A stretch of 64,000 nt of DNA. It comes from Vampirovibrionales bacterium (GTDB lineage Bacteria; Cyanobacteriota; Vampirovibrionia; Vampirovibrionales; Vampirovibrionaceae). Both the position numbers and the translations under genes were made by a program. Below are positions 1 to 9,114 of this stretch, piece after piece (positions within the stretch are counted from its first letter, which is position 1; the number at the start of each line of letters is the position of its first letter). Under the pieces are notes generated by a model that had not been told where the DNA came from, ran no database searches, and saw only the letters and a list, made by a program, of their open reading frames with translations. The stretch is taken from NCBI GenBank assembly GCA_029262635.1, contig JAJCZA010000029.1:29938-93937 (forward strand), written 5' to 3'.

Positions 1-1
1 G

Positions 2-454
2 AGCCATTTCTTTCATCTCCGTATCTTCTTCAGGCGTGTGAGAGTCGTCTTTGATTTCATGCGGGTTTTCCGCATCCATCATGCTATCGACAGAGAGAAT
101 TGTTTCGTAAACGGCTTCTCGAGCTTTCCCTTTCTCACCTTCGAACTCTTCGTCCGTATCTTCTTCTTTTTTGGTTTTGAGTGAATACCATTTGTACCGA
201 TAACGTAATTCGTTTCGAATGGCCCACTTGATGGCGGTAGAGAGATAGGTTACATTATATTCCGTGCCTGGATTTGAGGTCAGTAAAACGTGGATGGCGA
301 TGGCGCCAATATTGACCAACTCGCTATAATCAATCAAGTGATTGGGGAGTCGACTATATTCAACCCGAGCGACTGTCTCAATGAGGTCAACATAATCGTT
401 GACAGTCTTTTGGGGTTTTTTATCGCTTGAACTCGATGTCTTTTTTGTTGACAT
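2..454 (-). CDS. FliA/WhiG (sigma28)-like RNA polymerase sigma factor, 3' end beyond window edge
   Basis: Not in ORF track. Manual translation from ATG at 454: MSTKKTSSSSDKKPQKTVNDYVDLIETVARVEYSRLPNHLIDYSELVNIGAIAI...TYLSTAIKWAIRNELRYRYKW...ILSVDSMMDAEN...DDSHTPEE. Resembles FliA region 2 (LV..IA....RLP..V...DL...G) and the region 3 SLD/D...PE linker; frame open to the window edge. Confidence 0.7.
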   Translation of the reverse strand, partial: MSTKKTSSSSDKKPQKTVNDYVDLIETVARVEYSRLPNHLIDYSELVNIGAIAIHVLLTSNPGTEYNVTYLSTAIKWAIRNELRYRYKWYSLKTKKEEDTDEEFEGEKGKAREAVYETILSVDSMMDAENPHEIKDDSHTPEEDTEMKEMA

Positions 455-1046
455 AAACTTGTTTCAGGTAAATATTACCACTTTGAAACCTTATAAAACC
501 ATTACGGGATCAATTCTACACTGAATACACAAGTTTGAACCAACTCTCTTTAGAGTATTTTCTTTTTTTTAGATGAAAAGTTCTTCTAAAAAAGGCTGTT
601 GACTTGGGCCAAGAACAAAATTTTTCAGTTTAGATAGGCTTTTTAAGGATTTTTCTTTTCTTCGGAGCGACTGCCGGAGCGACTCCTGAATAAATTCAGA
701 CGATGGCTTTTTCTTATCAAAATCAATGAAGTCCATTAGTCATTCATCCTTGGCTCGTGGGGTTGGGATTGGGTGAATTACTCTACTACTATTTAAATAA
801 AAACCAGTAATGAGAAAAAAGTTTGTTATTTTAAAAGAAATGTTGCAAAATTTTACATCCAAATAATATATTATTTATATATAAAATTAAATCATGATAC
901 AACTTGTTCGAGTGAGTCAGGCTGGCTCCGTTGGCTTAACAAATCTTTTTGTTGAGGAGCTTTTACAAAGTATCGTCAGAGGGATGGCATTACGTTAAAA
1001 TTACCTCTAATCTGATACGGAGAATGAGAAAAGGAAAGCCATTCGA

Positions 1047-1340
1047 GTGAGTTTACTTCATCCGTCCTGGAATAAACAGGCCTACTCTTTGGAAACAGAA
1101 GACTGGGAAGCCACTCTTGACAAGCTTTCGCGTCAACTTTGTTCTAAAAAGGAGTTAGCGCATCACACAAGGCGGCAAGAGATGTATGTCCGTAATGGGG
1201 TGACCCGTGTTAAACTTTTCCCCATTTGGCGGCGATATCGACGTAAAGCGGAGCGAGTGGTTCGTATTCAGAGCGCTTTCCCTATTCTCCGCCGTTTTCC
1301 CCTCTGCGTATCCAGTTTTATCAGCGATATCCTGGAATAG
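1047..1340 (+). CDS. hypothetical protein (97 aa)
   Basis: GTG start after AAGGA; fills the gap convergent to rnhB; no recognisable motif. Confidence 0.4.
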   Translation: MSLLHPSWNKQAYSLETEDWEATLDKLSRQLCSKKELAHHTRRQEMYVRNGVTRVKLFPIWRRYRRKAERVVRIQSAFPILRRFPLCVSSFISDILE

Positions 1341-1348
1341 GCGCTTCT

Positions 1349-2077
1349 CTAGAATAAAGCTATTTGCGCTTCCCGGACAGCTTTATAATGGATCCGGTGA
1401 AGAGGGGTTGGTCCAAGCTCTAAAATAGCTCGTTTATGTGTCGGTGTCGGGTAACCCATGTTGGTTTCCCAGGAATAGCCAGGATAGTCTTTCGCCCAGG
1501 CAATTATTTGTTGATCTCTCAGGTGTTTGGCGATGATTGAGGCCCCTGCAATGACCGCTGAACGGCCATCCCCCTTGATGATGGCTTTTTGTTTGTTAAG
1601 CTCTACACCGGGAAGTAAGGCTTTTCCATCTAATAAGAGAAGGGTTCCATTACCGTCGGGCTGCTTTAGTGTGTTGAGAACGTTTTGGTAAGCTCGGTAA
1701 GAGGCCAATAGAGAGGCATGGTAGACATTATGCTCATCGACCTCTTCTTTCTGGGCAATGCCCACACCATAGACACAATGTGTTTGCAGGGTGCTGCACA
1801 ATTGTTTTCGAGCTGCTGCTGAGACTTGCTTGGAATCGTTGAGTTCTGTTAATAATTCGAGAAAAATGGTCTCTAGTATCTTGGGAAAACAGACCGCCGC
1901 CGCATAGATTGGGCCGACACAACTGCCTCGGCCCACTTCGTCGATTCCGATAAGCCGGGTGTCTGCCGGGAAATCTGTTAGAATGCTCTGGTCAAAAGCA
2001 AGTAATTCGGGCAGTTTACTGGTTTGTTTCCGTGTTTTTCTTTTCTCTTTCACTCTCGACTTTGTTTTCGTTGGCAT
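1349..2077 (-). CDS. rnhB: ribonuclease HII
   Basis: GIDEVGRG, LNDSKQ, LLDG, KGDGRS..IAGASIIAK, NMGYPT..H motifs. Confidence 0.96.
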   Translation of the reverse strand: MPTKTKSRVKEKRKTRKQTSKLPELLAFDQSILTDFPADTRLIGIDEVGRGSCVGPIYAAAVCFPKILETIFLELLTELNDSKQVSAAARKQLCSTLQTHCVYGVGIAQKEEVDEHNVYHASLLASYRAYQNVLNTLKQPDGNGTLLLLDGKALLPGVELNKQKAIIKGDGRSAVIAGASIIAKHLRDQQIIAWAKDYPGYSWETNMGYPTPTHKRAILELGPTPLHRIHYKAVREAQIALF

Positions 2078-2915
2078 GTTCCAGTGTTATCCTTCCTAAA
2101 CGTCCTTGACGAAAATCGCTGAGAACGGCACGGGCGGCTCTGGTTTTGTCGCATTCGTTGCCGGCCATTTTGTAGTTTCTGCTTTCGGCAATGGAAAGCA
2201 GAGCTAAGGGTGTCTCTGGTGACAGTTGATAGTGTTGGTGGCAAATACCGGGATAATTTGCCTCTAGGTGATTGAGAAGGAAAAGTGCTACTTCCTCTTC
2301 ATCATAGGCGGCCTCACCGACAGAACTTACACAGGCAAGTAATGCACCGGACTCTTCGGAATCCAACGAGGGTGGAATGACACCGGGCGTGTCGAGTAAT
2401 TCCACTTGTTCATGGATACGAACCCATTGAGTCGCACGAGTAACACCCGCTTTGTGACCGGTTTTTGTTTTTTTACGGGCCACGATGCTGTTAATCACGG
2501 TTGATTTTCCTACATTCGGCATTCCTACAACGAGTACCCGAATCGGGCGGCGCTTGAGTCCTTTAGCCTCTCGTTTTTTCATGGCGATTTCACCTAAATG
2601 AATCAAGGTGTTGATTAAGTTTTTCCGTTTTCCTCCCCTTAGAGACTCATATAGCATTATTCCGTCGGTGCTGCCTTTTAAGCACTCTCGCCAACGCTTA
2701 TTCTGCTCAGGATCCGCCAAATCAGTTTTGTTTAATAGCAACAGGGTTGGTCGATGAGTATACCGTTTACGAAGTCGGGGATTGAGGGTTGAAATGGGCA
2801 GACGGGCATCCACAACTTCAATGACCACGTCCACGAGCTTGAGCGATTCGCCCAACTTGCGTTCCATCTTGGCAATGTGTCCTGGATACCATTGGATTTT
2901 TGGCATAATGTTCAT
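2016..2915 (-). CDS. ylqF: ribosome biogenesis GTPase YlqF/RbgA
   Basis: IQWYPGH, DARLP, NKTDL, GMPNVGKS, LLDTPG in the circularly permuted GTPase order. Confidence 0.95.
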   Translation of the reverse strand: MNIMPKIQWYPGHIAKMERKLGESLKLVDVVIEVVDARLPISTLNPRLRKRYTHRPTLLLLNKTDLADPEQNKRWRECLKGSTDGIMLYESLRGGKRKNLINTLIHLGEIAMKKREAKGLKRRPIRVLVVGMPNVGKSTVINSIVARKKTKTGHKAGVTRATQWVRIHEQVELLDTPGVIPPSLDSEESGALLACVSSVGEAAYDEEEVALFLLNHLEANYPGICHQHYQLSPETPLALLSIAESRNYKMAGNECDKTRAARAVLSDFRQGRLGRITLEHANENKVESEREKKNTETNQ

Positions 2916-3042
2916 TTTACCTGAAACAAGGTTACTGCTTTTATTTTTTAGGGGCTCATAAATTTGAATCGCTTTACAAGGGTATGTATAATGAGTTTTA
3001 CTCTCTTTTTAATAGCGATAATATACGAATTGGAGCTTTCTC

Positions 3043-3441
3043 ATGGTGATGAGCTCGTCCCAAATTCAGTTTGAAGGCCTTAACCCACGTCTGATTGGCG
3101 GCATTGTGACGGCGAGTTTACCGGTGGGGTATGTGATTAAAAAACATATGGACTGGGAAGAAACGGAACAGGCAAAAAAACGGATGCTAACCCATCACCT
3201 GATTTTTTGGGGTAGTTTTTCGTTAGGGCTTTGGGTTGCTCATCGTACTTTTTTCGCTAGGGTTTCCAATATTCAAAAAGGGCTTCGATATCTAGCGGGC
3301 GGTTTGGTTGGCGCTCAAGGATTCACAAGCGGGGAATGGCTGGGGAAATACTTTTTTCCCTATCAAGCCAAGCCGGCAACGGGTCCTCAGCGAGACCGGT
3401 ATATCCCAACTTACCTGCGGCAAATGAATTATCAAGGATAA
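3043..3441 (+). CDS. hypothetical membrane protein with N-terminal IQFEG motif
   Basis: GGAG RBS; three Gly-rich hydrophobic stretches. Confidence 0.7.
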   Translation: MVMSSSQIQFEGLNPRLIGGIVTASLPVGYVIKKHMDWEETEQAKKRMLTHHLIFWGSFSLGLWVAHRTFFARVSNIQKGLRYLAGGLVGAQGFTSGEWLGKYFFPYQAKPATGPQRDRYIPTYLRQMNYQG

Positions 3442-3448
3442 AACCACT

Positions 3449-3486
3449 AAAAAAGCGTTTGAACACTAAAGGACTCAAACGCTTTT
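3449..3486. terminator. probable bidirectional intrinsic terminator
   Basis: aaaagcgtttga...tcaaacgctttt inverted repeat between convergent genes. Confidence 0.7.
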
Positions 3487-3506
3487 AGATAGTTTAAAAA
3501 CCTGTA

Positions 3507-3992
3507 CTATTCGTTGGTGGCTTCGGCAGGTTGCTCTGATGGTGTTTCTGTTGAAGCTGATGGAACCTTAGGTTCAGCGGGTGCTTCAGGCTTTTGAGCT
3601 TGAGTGCCTTTTTTCTTTTTTGAAGGTTCAGTCGGGAGAGTCGCGCCTACTTTTTCACGAATCCGAGCGGCCTTACCAGAGCGCCCACGCATATAGTAGA
3701 GGCGGGCTTGACGAACATCACCCCGACGAAGCACTTTAATGCTAGCGACCTTAGGTGAGTGAAGCAAGAAAATTCGCTCAACGCCAACGCCTTGGAATAC
3801 CCGTCGAACAGTAACCGTTTTACTGGTGCCGTGGCCGGCGATGCGAATCACAACCCCTTCGTAGTTCTGAACTCGTTCTTTTTTTCCTTCTCGGATGAGA
3901 ACCCCGACTTTCACCGTGTCTCCGGGAGACAGTTCGGGAATATCCGATTTTAGGTACTCTTGTTCAATGTCTTTAATAATATCAGTGACCAT
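3507..3992 (-). CDS. rplS: 50S ribosomal protein L19 with low-complexity C-terminal tail
   Basis: [42 protein letters not shown]; start moved to ATG 3992, which has an AAGGA RBS. Confidence 0.97.
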   Translation of the reverse strand: MVTDIIKDIEQEYLKSDIPELSPGDTVKVGVLIREGKKERVQNYEGVVIRIAGHGTSKTVTVRRVFQGVGVERIFLLHSPKVASIKVLRRGDVRQARLYYMRGRSGKAARIREKVGATLPTEPSKKKKGTQAQKPEAPAEPKVPSASTETPSEQPAEATNE

Positions 3993-4144
3993 GGGCTTAA
4001 ATCCTTGTTGGTGAGGTGTGCAGTAAAACAGACGAACATTGTAACGAATCAAGTGATAATAGCAAGGGCCTGTTTGGATTTATTCCAATCGCGTTACGCT
4101 CCATTTATTTTTGGGTAACTCCACGACAACGGACAGAGGGCAAG

Positions 4145-4600
4145 CTACCAATACAGCGAGGGGCCAGCTAGTTTAAATGCCCAGGCGATGAGCATTGCGA
4201 GTACTATCAGCAAAAGAATCCTGCTCACTCCGATAAGGTGAAGTCCCCTCAAGACTTTTCGAGGCCAAATCAGGCTAATGGTCATAAAGCTGAGTACACC
4301 CCAAAATAAAGGGATGCTTAGGGGGTGGAATCGGAATGCCTCGCTGAATTCACCGTGAGTAATAAGGACCATGGCACGAGTCATCCCACATCCAGCACAG
4401 GGGTAACTTGTTATGTGTTTAAACAGACAGGTTTCCGGTAGTAAAGGGATTCCCATGTGATTATGAGGAAAAGCCCCCAGTATAACGGGTTGAAAAACCA
4501 GCCAGGAATACCCGACAATACCAAGCATGAGCCCAAGGCATAAAACGTTTAGTGTGATTAATAGAATGCGGCCATCGGGAGATAGGGTGTTTTTCCACAA
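4145..4600 (-). CDS. DUF2752-like membrane protein
   Basis: CLFKHIT.YPCAGCGMTRA...G.F.EAF..HPL signature plus TM helices. Confidence 0.8.
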   Translation of the reverse strand: MWKNTLSPDGRILLITLNVLCLGLMLGIVGYSWLVFQPVILGAFPHNHMGIPLLPETCLFKHITSYPCAGCGMTRAMVLITHGEFSEAFRFHPLSIPLFWGVLSFMTISLIWPRKVLRGLHLIGVSRILLLIVLAMLIAWAFKLAGPSLYW

Positions 4601-4655
4601 AATTTAAAAACTCCCACTCAAAATTATTGATAAGCAAGAGTATACCGGGCTTTCG

Positions 4656-6722
4656 CTATGGGGTCAACTCGTTTAAATAGACTCTTGTAGGTTTTTTTAG
4701 TGTTTTAACGCCAATCAGCGCTAGGATGGTGCCAATTTCGTAGGCGTTCGGATCCGGGACGGCGTATTCAGCCTTACTTCCTATTAAGACTCGAATCCCT
4801 TCGTCAGACGCGTTGCTCAATGCTTTTAACATTTCATCGCTGTTGGTTAATGCTTTTCTGAGCTGAGTTTGGGCACTTTCTCGGTTGTTATTTAATATTT
4901 TTGTTAATTGAGTCAATAGGCTGTCGATTGTATAGGATGGGGTCTTGGAGGTTTGGATTGCTTGCAGGAGTTGTTCTCCCAGCTTCGGGTCGAATGCCTC
5001 AAACCCTTTTCGTAGCCGTTCTTCCATGGTCATAACCCCAATGGGTAAATGGCCATCACCATAACCATTCAATAATAAAACCGGTTGCTTTCCTTGAGGA
5101 ATCTTTTTGTTTCGTAGTCTTTGTGTTGCATCGGTCAGCACATCCGGCTCAATACCTGGAAAAATGGTAATAAACTCACCGGTTTCGTAAAACGCTTTAG
5201 GAATATGTAGGGTATTCTGTTGAATAAGTTCCCGATCCATAACCTCGCCGGCGTAATTTTCCCAGAGATCAGTGCGTGTAAATAAATCTCTTCCCTTATC
5301 TCGTGCTAAAAGAGCCGATAGCTTGATGCGCAGTTGTGAGGGTAAAATAAAGTCACACCCCTCAGACGCGTCTTTCATGGGTTTCTTTTGCTCGGTTTCA
5401 ATAATAAAAATCCCTTTTGAGGCGAGCTCTTCGATTTCCTGTTTAAACGCTTTATAATACCGGTGGGCGTATAGATTTCCTTCAATAACTGCGCCAGAAC
5501 CTTTTCCTTTGCTTTCCAGTCGCTTCACCAAATTATTAAATACATTTTTGGGTGTGCTTTTGTCGATGTTGATGTGTTCCACATACGTGGGTTTAAAGCC
5601 ATAAGACGGGAAAAAATCATTGACGTGAATATCCTGGCTTCTTTTTGCCAGAATCTTTTCCCACTCGTCTAAAAAGGCGGTGTCGAAAAAGATTTTTCCT
5701 TGTTCATCAAAATAGCCGACTGGGCGGTCATCTATGCTGGCAAAATAGGAGGCAGGGCCTGGTTTTCGCCAGGGTTTCTTTGAGCTGTAGGGGGTTTCAC
5801 CATCCGGCTTCCAGGGCTTTGTATTTATTTTTTTCACTCGGGTGGCTAAATGGATCTCTCTGCCAATAATCACATAGGTTCCAATGGGGACCGACACGTT
5901 TTTAGCCAGTTCTTCCGCATTTTTCTTGTTGGTAACGGCGTCTGTGCCGGGTTCTTCTTCCGTGGCGTAAGAGCCTGTTATTCCCATGACTTTGGGCAGC
6001 ATCAGGTAAGCGGAAAGGGAAGCGTCTTCGTCCAGGGTATCGGTTCCATGGGAAGCATAGAGCCCTGGACCACTCGGGTGGGGAAAGTCATAGTAGATAG
6101 AGATCTCTTCTGCGGGAATATAGTTTCCGGGTGTACCTAATATGATTCTTTTCTCTTTAATGGCTTTAAGATCTCTGATGACCGCTTTTCCCAGAGTGTC
6201 TAAAAAAGTGGCCTGGGTTTTTGGAGTTTGGTTTGAACTATCCAGTGTTGGAATCTCAGGATAGACAACAATTCGCTTTATTGGGATTGTACCGGTGCGA
6301 AGTGTACGAACAATGCCGGTACCCATGTTGGGGGCTTTGTCTGTTACCCGGGTGCCGGTCTTTGAATCCACGCGCATTACGATGGTGCCGCCCGTCTCTA
6401 ATTCATCGGGCTGACTGTTCTCTTCAAGCCATTGCGTAAAAAGGGTAACCACAGAATCTCGGTTCTTTTTAGGGGTTCTTTCAATAAAATCAAGAAATAG
6501 ACCGAACCTTCCACTAGCGGGGTTAAGGCCAAGCCGCTTAAAAAATTGTTGTATTGCTCGTTTCTCTTCTGAAGATAAAGAGGCGGGTGGGGTTTTCCCC
6601 GAAAAGAAAACATCGCTAGAAGACCTCTGATGGGAGAATAGAGGAACCTTCAGAGAGGCCTTGCGTACAAGTGAATTGTTATATTGAGGGTTATGCCCCT
6701 TTATTCCGGTCATTGTTTTCAT
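4656..6722 (-). CDS. expanded asparaginase-like protein with N-terminal DVFFSG leader
   Basis: ETGGTI and SHGTDTL..ITGS catalytic motifs; C-domain motifs TIFPGI, LLNGYGDGHLP and YEIG..L...GV; start probably 6722 or 6713. Confidence 0.7.
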   Translation of the reverse strand: MKTMTGIKGHNPQYNNSLVRKASLKVPLFSHQRSSSDVFFSGKTPPASLSSEEKRAIQQFFKRLGLNPASGRFGLFLDFIERTPKKNRDSVVTLFTQWLEENSQPDELETGGTIVMRVDSKTGTRVTDKAPNMGTGIVRTLRTGTIPIKRIVVYPEIPTLDSSNQTPKTQATFLDTLGKAVIRDLKAIKEKRIILGTPGNYIPAEEISIYYDFPHPSGPGLYASHGTDTLDEDASLSAYLMLPKVMGITGSYATEEEPGTDAVTNKKNAEELAKNVSVPIGTYVIIGREIHLATRVKKINTKPWKPDGETPYSSKKPWRKPGPASYFASIDDRPVGYFDEQGKIFFDTAFLDEWEKILAKRSQDIHVNDFFPSYGFKPTYVEHINIDKSTPKNVFNNLVKRLESKGKGSGAVIEGNLYAHRYYKAFKQEIEELASKGIFIIETEQKKPMKDASEGCDFILPSQLRIKLSALLARDKGRDLFTRTDLWENYAGEVMDRELIQQNTLHIPKAFYETGEFITIFPGIEPDVLTDATQRLRNKKIPQGKQPVLLLNGYGDGHLPIGVMTMEERLRKGFEAFDPKLGEQLLQAIQTSKTPSYTIDSLLTQLTKILNNNRESAQTQLRKALTNSDEMLKALSNASDEGIRVLIGSKAEYAVPDPNAYEIGTILALIGVKTLKKPTRVYLNELTP

Positions 6723-7006
6723 GTGAAATAGATGACTTTCGGTTGGTTTTATCCCGTTGATTATGACATGGATAACGGATCCTATTAGAATGAAGCCTCT
6801 AAATTTTATAAAGTGCCTTGGCCGTATCATGACGTTACAAAAATTAATAAACAAGAAAGCAAGGCCTTTGAGATGGGGTTTTATGGACTTTTTGTTTATT
6901 ATGTGTTAAAATTATATTGGTATAATTCCTTGTAATCACCATTCTAGAGAGATCTTGGCAAAATCTTTCGTGCTTTGTATTAACAAACCTGAATGAGAGG
7001 GAACCC

Positions 7007-7507
7007 TTGCGTCAGGTTCTTTTGCTAAATTCATCTTACGAGCCCCTGAATGTCTGTTCGTGGAGGCGTGCCGTTGTCCTGATGGTCAAAGGCAAGGCCG
7101 TGGCCTTGGAAGTGGAGCAACAGCAGAATTTAGGCAGTGGCATTAATCTACCTTTGGTGATTCGCCTGCTTTATTACGTGAAGATTCCCCATAAGGATAT
7201 TCCATTGACCCGGCGCAATGTTATGCATCGGGACCATTATATGTGCCAATATTGCGGAAAAAAATCGGATTTGACCATTGATCATGTGATTCCACGTTCT
7301 AAAGGCGGGCAGGATCGATGGGATAACGTGGTGGTAGCCTGCCTAAAGTGCAATGTGGGTAAAGGAAGCAAGAGTGTGAAAGAGGCGGGACTCACGTTAA
7401 AAAATAAGCCGGTTCGTCCCCAGTATTTTATGCATTTTGAGTTGTCAAAGCATCGTAACCGGGCTTTAAGAACGGATGAACGGTGGCAGAAGTACCTGTT
7501 TTTCTAA
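7007..7507 (+). CDS. HNH endonuclease (McrA-like)
   Basis: VLLLNSSYEPL, RDHYMCQYCG, TIDHVIPRSKGG..WDNVV.AC..CN..KG. Confidence 0.92.
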   Translation: MRQVLLLNSSYEPLNVCSWRRAVVLMVKGKAVALEVEQQQNLGSGINLPLVIRLLYYVKIPHKDIPLTRRNVMHRDHYMCQYCGKKSDLTIDHVIPRSKGGQDRWDNVVVACLKCNVGKGSKSVKEAGLTLKNKPVRPQYFMHFELSKHRNRALRTDERWQKYLFF

Positions 7508-7532
7508 CGATTAATTTTTAGAGCTCAAGAGC

Positions 7533-7811
7533 TTAATTTTTACGTAATCGTTCACGAAGGCTGGTTAAACATTGGGTTTCCTCGCCAGGACGAATCTGCC
7601 CTTCGGCATCGACGTGGGCTTTAATGGCCTTAATCATCTCGATAATGTCATCGTAGTTGAGTGAGCCGTCGTTGTTGAGGTCAAGCCGCTTTTTTTCGTC
7701 CGGTGAAAGCTGATTAAAGAGTGCCTTGTTTTGCACTAAGTTTCGTAAAATAGCCAGATCGTTTTGGTCGACTTTGCCGTCACCATCAAGATCGCCGAAC
7801 CGCTTGTCCAT
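7533..7811 (-). CDS. small dockerin type I-like / paired EF-hand-loop protein
   Basis: GDLDGDGKVDQNDL and DLNNDGSLNYDDI repeats with dockerin-like spacing. Confidence 0.7.
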   Translation of the reverse strand: MDKRFGDLDGDGKVDQNDLAILRNLVQNKALFNQLSPDEKKRLDLNNDGSLNYDDIIEMIKAIKAHVDAEGQIRPGEETQCLTSLRERLRKN

Positions 7812-8100
7812 AAGATTGAGTCTCCATTCCTCTTAAAAACTGATAGTCCTGAAAAGTGGGGGCGTGTTTGAAAAAGACTTCTTTGGCTGAATAAGCCGTC
7901 TGAGGTGTTGGAGCGAAGGTGCCATGAACTAACTGAGTCATTCCAATGGGGCGTTCTTCTTCTTCAAAAATCAAATCTTCCAAGGCCTCGCCAATCATTG
8001 AGAAAAGGCTTTGGTGTGGGCGCAATTCCTCTTGAAATGCGATTGTGTCATGATTAGAAAAACTTGGATTGGATGTGATAAATTTCATGTTATTCGCCAT
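7786..8100 (-). CDS. hypothetical protein
   Basis: GAGG RBS; overlaps the downstream dockerin-like gene. Confidence 0.55.
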   Translation of the reverse strand: MANNMKFITSNPSFSNHDTIAFQEELRPHQSLFSMIGEALEDLIFEEEERPIGMTQLVHGTFAPTPQTAYSAKEVFFKHAPTFQDYQFLRGMETQSYGQAVRRS

Positions 8101-8291
8101 ACCATAGATTTCCTCACAGTTTCCGACTTCTTAGCCCCACCGGTGTTTTTTGTTCGTTTTTTCGAACACCCCTCTTATTTTCGGGTCGTGAAAATTCTTT
8201 GGGGTGGGTGACCTTCCAGATAATAATCATTTTAATCCAGATTACAATAAAGTGCCCGAAAAGCCGATAAAAACAGGAAAACTTACGCCAT

Positions 8292-8807
8292 ATGAAGGAA
8301 TCCCACACGCGAAGCTCTTCCTCTGCTCATCATCGTTGGATGGAAATATGTCTGGGGCTAGCCGAAAACGCCCTTCCAGAAGATGTCCCGGTGGGCGCAA
8401 TACTTTTGTATGAGGGTGAAATAATTGCTCAAGCTTGTAATTGGCGGGAAAGGGATCAAAATCCGGTGGGTCATGCGGAGATCTCAGTTCTGCAAGAGGC
8501 GTCGAAAAAACTGGGGCGTTGGCGACTGACAAATACAACGCTGGTTGTTACTCTTGAGCCTTGTCCGATGTGTGCTTCAGCTATTTTACAAGCTCGGGTA
8601 GCTCAGGTGGTGTTTGGTGCTTATGATCCGCTTATGGGAGCTTGCGGGAGCAAGTATCATTTGTTTAATGATGCCCGTGCCAAGACTCGGATCACAGGAG
8701 GGGTGTTGGAAGGCCCGTGTGCTAAACTTTTACGCGATTTTTTTAGGGGAACAGGCGGCCAGCTTTCCTTTGATAAAAGAGAAAAACTGTCATGGGACCT
8801 GTTTTAG
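8292..8807 (+). CDS. tadA: tRNA adenosine deaminase
   Basis: VPVGA, HAE, VTLEPCPMCA, V.FGAYDP, CAKLLRDFF. Confidence 0.9.
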   Translation: MKESHTRSSSSAHHRWMEICLGLAENALPEDVPVGAILLYEGEIIAQACNWRERDQNPVGHAEISVLQEASKKLGRWRLTNTTLVVTLEPCPMCASAILQARVAQVVFGAYDPLMGACGSKYHLFNDARAKTRITGGVLEGPCAKLLRDFFRGTGGQLSFDKREKLSWDLF

Positions 8808-8938
8808 ATGCTAAATCCCTCCTCTACTTAAAGGAACTCCCACACGAAAATGAGATAATTCGATATAATAATAGTTCTAGTGACATGCGGCACAGGAATA
8901 AACGAATAGGACTCAATAAAGTAGAAGGATAGGCCATT

Positions 8939-9076
8939 GTGAGTGAATACGTTTTTAAATTAAAAAAAGGGGATTTGGAGCTTGAGTTAAAAAGTGATGA
9001 CTCGAAGTTCATTGAAACCCAGATGGATAATTGGCGAAACATGCTCATTACTCAGGAAGATGATAAAAAAGATTAG
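8939..9076 (+). CDS. unannotated 45-aa microprotein, paralogous to the N-terminus of the downstream gene
   Basis: AAGGATAGG RBS, GTG start, MSEYVFKLKKGDLELELKSDDSKFIETQMDNWRNMLITQEDDKKD. Confidence 0.8.
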   Translation: MSEYVFKLKKGDLELELKSDDSKFIETQMDNWRNMLITQEDDKKD

Positions 9077-9114
9077 AGTCAGGACCAATGGCTAAAGAGA
9101 CAGGAATTTGACCG

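Noticed and set aside
455-1046. Long intergenic region with a short cggagcgact direct repeat
   Set aside because: Only a 10-bp duplication in a divergent promoter region; no supportable RNA or ORF.
6723-6854. Long N-terminal extensions in the ORF track (asparaginase-like; likewise rplS, GH9, mscL, hemL, xseB)
   Set aside because: Upstream alternative starts run through AT-rich promoter DNA; downstream ATGs fit RBS position and family length better.
7007-7507. HNH nuclease as a defence or mobile element
   Set aside because: Matches a widespread stand-alone family; no methylase, intron or mobile context nearby.
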